DNA of 64,000 nucleotides from a virus (lineage: Duplodnaviria > Caudoviricetes). Position numbers and translations under genes: made by a program. The stretch is from IMG/VR virus record IMGVR_UViG_3300037067_002687, positions 6,734-70,733 of that record. One strand, written 5' to 3'. Of the stretch, positions 1 to 7,737 are shown one piece after another (positions within the stretch are counted from its first letter, which is position 1; each line of letters starts with the position of its first letter). The notes below the pieces were generated by a model. That model was not told the origin of the DNA, made no database searches, and was given only the letters and a program-made list of their open reading frames with translations.

Positions 1-143
1 CCCATGCGGCCGTCTGGGTAACGTGCAACGACGTTTGTCGCAAGCGCAACGAGGACATTGAAAGCCTATTGGCATACTTTAGTGTGTGTGCCGACATCAT
101 TCGCAAACGATTCCCCCAATACCCACAACTCGATAGGTAAACC

Positions 144-419
144 ATGAAGACCATCGTTTCACGTTACCTTGCCTCGTCCGTAACTAAGCCGGCCCGAATG
201 GTGGCCACCGACAACGATGGGAATAAGGTCACGTCGAGTTACGACGACTCTAAATCGAACGCCTGGAACCATGACGCCATCGTTCGGAAGCTATGCCGCA
301 AGTTTCATTGGAGCGGTTCCTTGCAATCAGGTCCACTCCTGAAAAATGGAACACTCATCGGAACCGTCTGGGTCTGGATAGACGGGGACCAGATTCAAAC
401 CATCCAGTCATGGGACTAA
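144..419 (+). CDS. hypothetical protein (91 aa)
   Basis: ORF at the head of a tightly packed + strand run; no motif recognised. Confidence 0.55.
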   Translation: MKTIVSRYLASSVTKPARMVATDNDGNKVTSSYDDSKSNAWNHDAIVRKLCRKFHWSGSLQSGPLLKNGTLIGTVWVWIDGDQIQTIQSWD

Positions 420-424
420 GCATC

Positions 425-658
425 ATGCCAGAGAAAAACAAGGCCATTGACCTATCGACGGTTATCCTAAACCAGATGTGCGAATCCTGGAGTAGCTACG
501 GCGGGGTCATGGAACCCTTCACGGAGAAGGCGGCAATCGAGATTGCCATCAATGAGCTACTCGACGCGGCCGATTCACTCGGCTTAATGGTGTCGGTGAC
601 GGGCTACGCGAATGACGTGCAAGGCGTAGTGATTCACAATAGGGAGTGGAAGAAATGA
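425..658 (+). CDS. hypothetical protein (77 aa)
   Basis: ATG at 425 just after the previous stop; its stop overlaps the next ATG (ATGA). Confidence 0.5.
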   Translation: MPEKNKAIDLSTVILNQMCESWSSYGGVMEPFTEKAAIEIAINELLDAADSLGLMVSVTGYANDVQGVVIHNREWKK

Positions 659-1278
659 AGCTAGACTTACTAAACTTCCGTGACCTAGTAGCGTCCATTG
701 CTTCCCACCTTGGCGAAGGCTGGCGTCTCGACCCGAAAACCACCAACGGATGGGGCCGAATCAACCACGACGGAGGGAGAGGTCTTGACCTCTATCTGTC
801 CACCTACAATCACAAGATTGAGATTACAGGCACATGGCCTAAGACGGAGCGGGGAGAGGCTATCCACTTCGGCGACAACAACATCTACGTCTCGTCCACG
901 AGAGCAGGCAAGGCAATCGCCGGGGACATAACACGACGGTTCCTGCCAGAGTACAATGCGAAGTTTGCAATGGCCCAAGACAAGGTACAACGGGTAAACC
1001 AAGCAGTACGAAACCAGGCTAGCGCCCTCGGTGAACTCATCGAAGAGATTCACCTAGGTGGCATGTTCTCAGAGGGACACCAGCAGCCGGGGGAATACAA
1101 CGACCATTGCCTGAGCGTGAGGGTGTCGTTCGACGAGAAACCCGAAGAGATTCGCGTTCGACTCAAGATTGCCGACCTGACCGTGGACGTCGCCAGAAAG
1201 CTACTGGCCGTCTGGTGCGCCTGGCAACGATTTAATCAAGTTACCCAAGAAGAAGACCGAGAGGAAGACAATGCCTAA
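655..1278 (+). CDS. hypothetical protein
   Basis: ATGA-coupled start at 655; ~207 aa ORF overlapping the next start. Confidence 0.7.
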   Translation: MKLDLLNFRDLVASIASHLGEGWRLDPKTTNGWGRINHDGGRGLDLYLSTYNHKIEITGTWPKTERGEAIHFGDNNIYVSSTRAGKAIAGDITRRFLPEYNAKFAMAQDKVQRVNQAVRNQASALGELIEEIHLGGMFSEGHQQPGEYNDHCLSVRVSFDEKPEEIRVRLKIADLTVDVARKLLAVWCAWQRFNQVTQEEDREEDNA

Positions 1279-2170
1279 AATCTGTTACGTTCCCAAGAAG
1301 TTTGGCGACAAGTCCCTAGAGCGCATCAAGCAGGCCAACGTCATCATCCTGGAGTACATGGCGGCAGGCTACAAGCTGACGCTGCGGCAACTCTACTACC
1401 AATTTGTGGCAAGGGACCTCCTGGAAAACACCATGAGGAGCTACAAGGGGCTGGGTGACACCATCAATGACGGGCGCCTTGCCGGCCTTATCGACTGGAA
1501 TGCGATTGAGGACCGAACGCGCAACCTTAAATCCCTCGGTTTTTGGGGTAGCCCCGCCGACATCATTGAAGCCTGCGCGAGCCAATACCGCATCGACCAC
1601 TGGGCGAGTCAGGACAACTACGTCGAAGTCTGGATTGAGAAGGAAGCCTTGGCGGGGGTTATCGAGCCGGTTTGCAATCGCAATTATGTTTCCTTCTTTG
1701 CTTGCCGTGGCTACACGTCCCAGAGTGAAATGTGGGGAGCGGCTATGCGGCTGAAGGAGCGGGAGGACTCCGGGAAAGACGTGTTCGTGATTCACTTAGG
1801 CGACCACGACCCCAGCGGCATCGACATGACTAGGGACATCCAAGACCGGTTTGCGGTGTTTGGATGCAAGGCCCTCGTCCGGCGCGTGGCATTGAACTTC
1901 GACCAAGTGAAGCGCTACGCCCCTCCACCTAATCCCGCTAAGGTGACGGACTCCCGCTACGCCGAATACGAAAAGGAGTACGGGGAGGAGTCATGGGAGC
2001 TTGACGCCTTAACCCCGGAGATTATCACCAACCTAATTGAGAGGGAGATTGATGGGTTGCGGGATGAGGACGAATGGGCCCACTCTCTAGCCAAGCAGGA
2101 TGCAGGGCGAAAGCAGCTACGCGCGATTACGGACCGATGGGGCGAGGTTGTTGACTACTTAGGGGAATAG
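1271..2170 (+). CDS. Topo VI-A/Spo11-like (Mini-A type) winged-helix + TOPRIM protein
   Basis: TLRQLYY resembles the Spo11/Top6A catalytic-Tyr motif; VEVWIEKEAL (TOPRIM Glu) and LGDHDPSG (DxD); GAGG RBS. Confidence 0.75.
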   Translation: MPKICYVPKKFGDKSLERIKQANVIILEYMAAGYKLTLRQLYYQFVARDLLENTMRSYKGLGDTINDGRLAGLIDWNAIEDRTRNLKSLGFWGSPADIIEACASQYRIDHWASQDNYVEVWIEKEALAGVIEPVCNRNYVSFFACRGYTSQSEMWGAAMRLKEREDSGKDVFVIHLGDHDPSGIDMTRDIQDRFAVFGCKALVRRVALNFDQVKRYAPPPNPAKVTDSRYAEYEKEYGEESWELDALTPEIITNLIEREIDGLRDEDEWAHSLAKQDAGRKQLRAITDRWGEVVDYLGE

Positions 2171-2174
2171 CAAA

Positions 2175-2525
2175 ATGGAATATCAGGAACCATGGGTATG
2201 GTTGGGAGAGAACGAGGAGACCGGCAAGGCTGACTCAGGGGATTGCCTCCTGATTGCTTCCCATAACGGGGGCGGACCGGCCGTGTTCCTTGGATGGGAT
2301 GAGCGCAACGCTGCCACGCTCACAAGGATGCTTACGACCATCCGCACCATCTTGGACATACGCCAAGCTGGCCGGGTGGAAATTGCCGTCGATACGTGGG
2401 ATGCCTTGCATCATGCCGTCCATAAGCTATTGGCCTGCAAGGAGAAAGACGCAGATTTACCGGCCTTGCCCGAGGGGATTGCTGGATTCGTGAGTCTTGC
2501 CAATTTTCCTGTTGACAAGATTTAA
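2175..2525 (+). CDS. hypothetical protein
   Basis: 116-aa ORF starting 5 nt after the previous stop. Confidence 0.6.
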   Translation: MEYQEPWVWLGENEETGKADSGDCLLIASHNGGGPAVFLGWDERNAATLTRMLTTIRTILDIRQAGRVEIAVDTWDALHHAVHKLLACKEKDADLPALPEGIAGFVSLANFPVDKI

Positions 2526-2540
2526 GAGAATCGCTATTCT
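2512..2540 (+). promoter_or_regulatory. sigma70-type promoter
   Basis: TTGACA (2512-2517), 17 bp, TATTCT (2535-2540). Confidence 0.7.
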
Positions 2541-2582
2541 ATCCGGACATCGTTTATTTTCCAAGTTTTCAAGGAGGTTGAC

Positions 2583-2663
2583 ATGCCAAAGGACAATGTT
2601 CCCAGCGAAGAACTCGACGACGAACTCGACGACGAAGAAGAAGACGAAGATGAGGAGGAGTAG
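2583..2663 (+). CDS. 26-aa highly acidic micro-protein MPKDNVPSEELDDELDDEEEDEDEEE
   Basis: AAGGAGG RBS at 2571-2577, ATG 2583, TAG 2661; own promoter and terminator; below the ORF-track cutoff. Confidence 0.65.
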   Translation: MPKDNVPSEELDDELDDEEEDEDEEE

Positions 2664-2685
2664 CCTCCGTCCGGCTTAATTGCTC

Positions 2686-2736
2686 CCCGGCCGGCCGTTG
2701 CTACAAGTCACGGAGCGGTCGGCCGGGTTTTCTTCT
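2686..2736 (+). terminator. intrinsic terminator
   Basis: CCCGGCCG (2686-2693) / CGGCCGGG (2720-2727) stem followed by TTTTCTTCT. Confidence 0.7.
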
Positions 2737-2757
2737 AACCCATGAAAGAACACTACA

Positions 2758-3303
2758 ATGTCCGAAGAGATGTGCCCCTGCGGAAAGCCGTTGCATTACA
2801 CCGACGAGGCGGAGAAGGCGTTTGTCGATTCAATGGTCGATTCACTCGGGCTTGAGGTCGAGATTGAGGTAAGGGGCGTCGGGGTCTTCTCCGTCAATCG
2901 ACACTACATTGCCCTGCATGGGTTTAAGGGAGAGGACCTAGAGGAGTTGGCCGCTAAGGGAATCGTCAGGAAGATTCGCGGAGTAGAGCGGGAGCCCACG
3001 AACATATCGGACTCGGAATCCCTTATCGTCCTGGTCAACCGTTTGAAAAACGGAAGCGAAAACATCATCGCCGTACCAGACCGTGAAGGCGGGTGGCTGC
3101 CGCTCTTGGCGCTGGGTGATATGATAGAGAACACCAATAAGCTATCCGTGGTCATTGAGGCCGGGATGCGGGCCTGCGATGATACGGGCGAGTTGGTGGT
3201 GTATAGATTCACGAATCGCGAGAACATCACGGAGGAGTGCTATGAACGGCTTGCAAACATGGGAAGCCATGAGCCCAAGGATACGGTTCGACCGAGAGCG
3301 TAG
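2758..3303 (+). CDS. hypothetical protein
   Basis: 181-aa ORF; N-terminal CPCGKPLHY motif. Confidence 0.65.
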   Translation: MSEEMCPCGKPLHYTDEAEKAFVDSMVDSLGLEVEIEVRGVGVFSVNRHYIALHGFKGEDLEELAAKGIVRKIRGVEREPTNISDSESLIVLVNRLKNGSENIIAVPDREGGWLPLLALGDMIENTNKLSVVIEAGMRACDDTGELVVYRFTNRENITEECYERLANMGSHEPKDTVRPRA

Positions 3304-3496
3304 GGCTATCATCTCGGAGAATTACCCGGTTGCTGTCCTAGAGGATGGCCGCTGGACGGTATCGACGGCGGCCGAGTGCCCCGTCCCTATGGAAACACTA
3401 AACCAAGCTATCGACATTTTCAACAGCCTCTACGACGGGTCCGACCCTGACGAGTTGGCGCGGTTCCTTGAGGCATCTATCTGGGGAGTAGAATAG
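3269..3496 (+). CDS. hypothetical protein
   Basis: 3' part of ORF 3155-3496 from ATG 3269; stop abuts the next start. Confidence 0.45.
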   Translation: MSPRIRFDRERRAIISENYPVAVLEDGRWTVSTAAECPVPMETLNQAIDIFNSLYDGSDPDELARFLEASIWGVE

Positions 3497-3897
3497 TGTC
3501 CGAAAAGAAGAAACGAAAAAAACAGCGGATGCGTGGCGTGGAGCGAATCGCCCTTGAACGCAATCGTCAAGTATCTGAAGAAAACTACTCCACCCTGTCC
3601 GACATCGAACACAACAGCCACGGGGAGTTGGGCAACGCGGCAGCCTGCTATGCCTCGGGTCGGTTCGTCTTCAAGCTGGGCATCCAGCCCGCAACAACCG
3701 TAGGACCGAACGGAAAATCCGACATCGGTCAGGTGATATTCTCGGAGATGTGGCCCTGGGATAGAGTCTACGACAAACGCGAGAAGCATAGCCGAATCCG
3801 TCAACTCGAAATCGCAGGCGCCCTATGCGCCGCCGAGATTGACCGGCTTCTGGCGATAAAGAAAGGAGAAAGGGAACATGAACCTGACGGCGGATGA
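3496..3897 (+). CDS. conserved phage hypothetical protein
   Basis: ER-RQ...GEL..AAACYA...WPW...R.RQL..AGAL..AEIDRL pattern recognised from a widespread small phage family of unknown function. Confidence 0.7.
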   Translation: MSEKKKRKKQRMRGVERIALERNRQVSEENYSTLSDIEHNSHGELGNAAACYASGRFVFKLGIQPATTVGPNGKSDIGQVIFSEMWPWDRVYDKREKHSRIRQLEIAGALCAAEIDRLLAIKKGEREHEPDGG

Positions 3898-4066
3898 GAT
3901 TTTGGTAATCCTGGACGCATTGAGGCATGAGTACGGTTTCGGTTACAGTGAGGCCACGAAATGCGGTGTTAGCGTGGGACAACTGCAATCCAAGTTGTCT
4001 GTCTGGCTGGAAGTGCAATCCATGCGTGAATCTAAGGTTGCACCTAAAAAAGAAGGTGCGGCATGA
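3878..4066 (+). CDS. hypothetical protein (62 aa)
   Basis: AGGAGAAGGG upstream; ATGA overlap with the next gene. Confidence 0.55.
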   Translation: MNLTADEILVILDALRHEYGFGYSEATKCGVSVGQLQSKLSVWLEVQSMRESKVAPKKEGAA

Positions 4067-4323
4067 GCCAAGTGATGAAAGACGGAATGGAGGCGTCGTT
4101 TCTGAAGGCCCGCGTCTCGACATTGGGAAAATCGGCAGCAGGCAGGAATGCCTTGCGGTTTCTCTTGTCCATGACGTCGGCAGATACGGCCTTCCGTCTT
4201 GATTTCCATAACCACCTTGCCGTCATCGACCTAATGCAGGCATGTTTCGGTGGGCACGTTTCGGAAACGAGACACGCAATCTTGGACGAACTATTATGCG
4301 TCGAGGACGGTACGGACGCATAG
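4063..4323 (+). CDS. hypothetical protein (86 aa)
   Basis: ATGA-coupled start. Confidence 0.55.
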   Translation: MSQVMKDGMEASFLKARVSTLGKSAAGRNALRFLLSMTSADTAFRLDFHNHLAVIDLMQACFGGHVSETRHAILDELLCVEDGTDA

Positions 4324-4365
4324 GGCGCAATCCTGGGGCTGCCGTTTTGGCAGATTAGGCTGAAA

Positions 4366-4572
4366 ATGATGGAATTGAAGGTCGAATGTCGATTTTGCAA
4401 GTACGGCCAGACTTACGAGCCAAGAGACGCAGTCCATTGTCACCGCTTCCCACCAACGATACTAAAGGTCAATCCCTATGGTGGTACGCACACGGATTTC
4501 ACGGTTGTTAAGCCCTCTGATTGGTGCGGTGAGTTTGCCTTAGCGTCCGACAGGATTAAACCGAAACAATGA
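4366..4572 (+). CDS. small Cys-rich (Zn-binding?) phage protein
   Basis: CRFC...CHRFPP...DWCGEF pattern typical of small phage proteins. Confidence 0.6.
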   Translation: MMELKVECRFCKYGQTYEPRDAVHCHRFPPTILKVNPYGGTHTDFTVVKPSDWCGEFALASDRIKPKQ

Positions 4573-4574
4573 GC

Positions 4575-4900
4575 GTCATTCATACCCCATCGGCCCTCGT
4601 GGGGAACCGGCGGTAAGGGCGGGTCTAGTTTGTGGTGAACAGGGGACTCGTCCACCGTATCGGTATTGAGCGTATGGAACGGGGGTGGAAGGCGACCCGA
4701 GCCTGCGACCGGGAAGTACAACCGGACGGGTTTTTGAATCAGCGAGGAAGAAAGCCGACTCCATTAGCCCTACGGGCGAATCCTCGGGGGATGCGGCTTC
4801 AGGCAGGCCGATGGGACCGTCAACAAAAAGACGGAGAGCCTGCTGCGAGGAACGTGACCAAAACTAAGGAGCAACCGCAATCCCACATCACGGCAGCGGT
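4575..4900 (+). ncRNA. candidate structured RNA/leader
   Basis: No credible ORF; nested perfect helices TCCTCG/CGAGGA (4781/4846), GCAGGC/GCCTGC (4803/4838), CCGTC/GACGG (4817/4830), AAGCCG/CGGCTT (4752/4794); family not identified, strand assumed. Confidence 0.3.
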
Positions 4901-4953
4901 GACAGCCGGCAGAGATTCCGGCAATTTTGAATCTAGCATCATGCAGAGCATCC

Positions 4954-5175
4954 ATGAGCATCCATGACCAACTTGTCCCGCTGATTCGTAAGGCCGGCGT
5001 CCGGCACGTCGCGGCCAAGGCTGGCGTCTCGCTGGGCGCACTCTCGGAATGGCTAAACGAACTCAACCACCGACGGCTGGGAGATAAGCAGGTGGACGCC
5101 ATCGCCGACGTCCTAGCGGTTGACGTCCATTTCGTCCAGAGACGTGCCGCTAGGCCGGCGCGCACCTTGCCTTAA
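4954..5175 (+). CDS. XRE/Cro-like helix-turn-helix protein
   Basis: VRHVAAKAGVSLGALSEWLN...VDAIADVL is a typical HTH_XRE pattern; ~73 aa. Confidence 0.7.
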   Translation: MSIHDQLVPLIRKAGVRHVAAKAGVSLGALSEWLNELNHRRLGDKQVDAIADVLAVDVHFVQRRAARPARTLP

Positions 5176-5179
5176 GCCG

Positions 5180-5712
5180 CGCCTTATCGTAGCACACTCT
5201 ATCGTAGTGCTGCGCCCGTAGAGTTACGCCGCGCTGCTACCCATAGCGCTGCGCTACTCCCGAACGTGAGACTTGCTTCCCAGTGGAGGGACATAACGTC
5301 GTAATCCCTACTGCTGGGAAGCAACGTACTTTGCGCGCGTCAGAGTAGCGCGCGTCAGAGCGGAGCGCGGCGCGGCGTGGACGCGCGGCTCGTAGTAGCA
5401 TGGTCGCGCGGTGAAGCGTAGCGCCATGAGCGCATAAGAATCCTTGGTCCCGGCACATTGTTTTAACGTCGGAGCCAATGCCGTCCGGGTTCGCATCATA
5501 TTTCAGATGCACTTCCCCGCACGACCCAACGGCATCTATAGCCGTTTCCTTCGCCGACGAATCCCTCTTTGGGATTGACATGCTTTCGCGTCTACGGGAG
5601 CTTTATTCCCTCGGCACGGCACATGCTAGTTTAGCCGTTTTGCCCAGCCTGGGGCTATGTCTCGTTGGGGGTCCGCTGCTTATCCTGGACATGCCCAACG
5701 CAATCCTGACAG
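5180..5712 (-). ncRNA. candidate ~500-nt structured ncRNA
   Basis: Downstream of - strand promoter 5719-5747; ORFs lack an RBS; at least seven helices including 11-bp TTGCTTCCCAG/CTGGGAAGCAA (5273/5314) and 7-bp CGTTGGG/CCCAACG (5663/5694); 3' end unknown. Confidence 0.4.
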
Positions 5713-5720
5713 CTTGTCAG
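5706..5720. promoter_or_regulatory. operator copy 1 (CTGACAGCTTGTCAG)
   Basis: 15-bp near-palindrome overlapping the -10 of promoter 5719-5747. Confidence 0.8.
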
Positions 5721-5747
5721 TATACTACATTTCGAGGCAAAAGTCAA
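5719..5747 (-). promoter_or_regulatory. sigma70-type promoter (leftward)
   Basis: On - strand: TTGACT (5747-5742), 17 bp, TATACT (5724-5719). Confidence 0.75.
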
Positions 5748-5778
5748 GCCCAATAATTCCGGATTTTTGGTTTATCCC

Positions 5779-5807
5779 TTGACAGCCGACCTAATTGGTT
5801 GTAGAAT
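5779..5807 (+). promoter_or_regulatory. sigma70-type promoter (rightward)
   Basis: TTGACA (5779-5784), 17 bp, TAGAAT (5802-5807); back-to-back with the leftward promoter. Confidence 0.8.
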
Positions 5808-5892
5808 CGACAGTTAAGCATGGTTAGAAAAAGCCAAGAACCGCCAAAACTGAAGCCAAAGAAGCAAATTAAATCGAAGGACCAACCCCCCA

Positions 5893-6165
5893 ATGGCACG
5901 GCCTAAACTAGAAGGTGTTGTCGTCACGTATGAGGAAATCGCCTCCCTCTGCAAGTGTTCCATCAATCAGGTGCAGCAGGCCGCTACACGCTACAAGCAC
6001 GACCTGAGCGTCCAGCCGTGCGACATTTCGTCCTTGCGGTCGGTGTGCCTCTACATCGCCGCCAAGGCGGAGCCAGAGCTTCGGGAGAAGATAGCCGCCC
6101 TGTCGGTCCCGGTCATCTTCGACCGTGGCGTCTCGGGCCCTGGGAAGCTCCCAAGGACCTATTGA
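5893..6165 (+). CDS. putative HTH DNA-binding regulator (90 aa)
   Basis: VTYEEIASLCKCSINQVQQA is HTH-like; lone + strand gene with its own strong promoter; AAGGA RBS. Confidence 0.55.
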   Translation: MARPKLEGVVVTYEEIASLCKCSINQVQQAATRYKHDLSVQPCDISSLRSVCLYIAAKAEPELREKIAALSVPVIFDRGVSGPGKLPRTY

Positions 6166-6485
6166 ATCCAGAACTCAATCCCGAGGGGCTTGTCGGACGC
6201 CGGGGGATAATTCCTAGCGTCGTCGAACATCCTTTGAATCTCCCGGACAAGCTCCTCGCGCTTTGCTTCGCTGTAATTGGCGTAGTTTGCCGTGAAGTTT
6301 CTCCAGTTTGCGTATCCTTCCCCGTTATCCCTTGGGGTGCTGACGAAATTGAGACGAGAACGGCTTAGCTCCCTGGAGGGGTCTAGGCCCACCAGGGCGC
6401 CTCCGCTAGTCCTCGTCGTTGCGAGCCAAGCGGCCGGCACGGCCAAGGCCGACAACATCCGGCCGATGAATCCTCTTCGGTTCAT
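6159..6485 (-). CDS. twin-arginine signal peptide protein
   Basis: MNRRGFIGRMLSALAVPAAWLA (RRxFL-type Tat motif plus hydrophobic stretch); AAGGAG RBS. Confidence 0.7.
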   Translation of the reverse strand: MNRRGFIGRMLSALAVPAAWLATTRTSGGALVGLDPSRELSRSRLNFVSTPRDNGEGYANWRNFTANYANYSEAKREELVREIQRMFDDARNYPPASDKPLGIEFWIQ

Positions 6486-6756
6486 AGGGTCTCCTTTCGG
6501 GATATTCAAGTGACAGGGCGTCGGCTTCGCTGGCGATTTTCTCTAGGTGTGACTTGATGCCGGACGGAAGCCCGAGTATCGCATCGACAGCCGTCCCGAG
6601 ACGAGTTAGCGCCCAGACGGGCCAAGCAATCAACAACTCCGCAAAGTCGGATACCGATTCCGCCTCCTGTTCATGGATTCCCACCACAACCGTCTTCAGG
6701 CGATTTTTGACGCCGACTACGGGCGTGGATAGGGACACTTCCATTGCTTCCGACAT
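6406..6756 (-). CDS. hypothetical protein
   Basis: GGAGG RBS, downstream of promoter 6820-6848; 3' end overlaps the next gene. Confidence 0.55.
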   Translation of the reverse strand: MSEAMEVSLSTPVVGVKNRLKTVVVGIHEQEAESVSDFAELLIAWPVWALTRLGTAVDAILGLPSGIKSHLEKIASEADALSLEYPERRPYEPKRIHRPDVVGLGRAGRLARNDED

Positions 6757-6819
6757 GACAGACCTCCGTGCTGTTAGGGATTTTGATGAGTGGGCAATCA
6801 GGGATTTCCTGATGGCGGG

Positions 6820-6848
6820 ATTATAGCACTTCGCTCCTTTTCATGCAA
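6820..6848 (-). promoter_or_regulatory. sigma70-type extended -10 promoter
   Basis: On - strand: TTGCAT, 17 bp, TATAAT, preceded by TGC. Confidence 0.75.
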
Positions 6849-6851
6849 TAT

Positions 6852-7379
6852 CTATTTTCTCGTAATCGACCGGCGCAGACGAGCGTTGTCAAACAAGATG
6901 CACGACGCAATGTCTTTCGTGACGTCCTGGTTGCCTGCTACGTTAATCCATGGGCCGCGGCCGATGTTTTCTCTCCAGGGGACTAGCCTCTCGACGTAAA
7001 CCAGCCGGCGGAAGCCATGGCCAGAGAACCGACCGTCCGGGTACGGGACGTTGGTATTGAACCTCTCGCGGACGTCGTAATCCCCAACAAGGAAGACTGG
7101 CGAGGTTCCGTACAAAGCCGGGTGGATTCTCACAACAAACCGCTCGACGCCATGTTGGTGCATACTGACAAGAAGGGCGCAATCCTGCCGGTTCCAGGGG
7201 GAAAGCTCCAGGAACCTTGATTCGTAGTCTGGGTAGCATCGTTCAATGATGGAGTAGCGTTCAACACGCGCCGTCCAAGAGGGCTTTACGGCGATGGGTT
7301 CCGGCATCTTCTGGACCATCGGGATAAATGGGACCAAGCCGGCGATAGACGACTTTTTCAGGAAGTCCCTTCGGTTCAT
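6852..7379 (-). CDS. twin-arginine signal peptide protein
   Basis: MNRRDFLKKSSIAGLVPFIP (RRDFLK Tat consensus); AGGAGG RBS. Confidence 0.75.
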   Translation of the reverse strand: MNRRDFLKKSSIAGLVPFIPMVQKMPEPIAVKPSWTARVERYSIIERCYPDYESRFLELSPWNRQDCALLVSMHQHGVERFVVRIHPALYGTSPVFLVGDYDVRERFNTNVPYPDGRFSGHGFRRLVYVERLVPWRENIGRGPWINVAGNQDVTKDIASCILFDNARLRRSITRK

Positions 7380-7391
7380 AACTAATCCTCC

Positions 7392-7544
7392 TTAGAAAGT
7401 TTTTGCGACCTTCACCATACGAAACTCCGGACAGCCGCACGTCTCGCAGTGTCCGGGGTGCTTGTTTTGTTCCGGCGCTACCGTGTTGCATAGGTTGCAG
7501 ATAAACACGACCAGTTCTGGTTCTTTTTCGCTATTCTTCGCCAT
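7392..7544 (-). CDS. 50-aa zinc-ribbon protein
   Basis: Hand-translated MAKNSEKEPELVVFICNLCNTVAPEQNKHPGHCETCGCPEFRMVKVAKTF; two CxxC pairs; below ORF cutoff. Confidence 0.6.
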   Translation of the reverse strand: MAKNSEKEPELVVFICNLCNTVAPEQNKHPGHCETCGCPEFRMVKVAKTF

Positions 7545-7719
7545 CTATCGCGTCCTCAAGTTCCTGTATCCGCATATCCCATCCATCAACCTCCGGACTA
7601 AAGGCACCAACAAACGCCTTCATAACTTCAAGCTCTCCGAACGCGGATGTTTGTGCTAATTCTTCACGGACTAATTGAACGCACGCATCGGCCGCCTTTT
7701 GTGGGCTATCGTACTTCAT
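7531..7719 (-). CDS. hypothetical acidic protein (62 aa)
   Basis: AAGGAAG upstream of ATG 7719. Confidence 0.55.
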   Translation of the reverse strand: MKYDSPQKAADACVQLVREELAQTSAFGELEVMKAFVGAFSPEVDGWDMRIQELEDAIDGEE

Positions 7720-7737
7720 TCTTCTTCCTTTACTATA

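Noticed and set aside
4698-4737. Group II intron domain V look-alike (GAGCC...GGTTT)
   Set aside because: Too long, lacks the GNRA loop and AC bulge geometry, and no intron context; a terminator-like hairpin is simpler
4632-4967. 111-aa ORF and the - strand ORFs 5237-5581 and 5308-5499
   Set aside because: No RBS and Arg/Ala-rich non-protein-like composition; regions better explained as structured non-coding DNA
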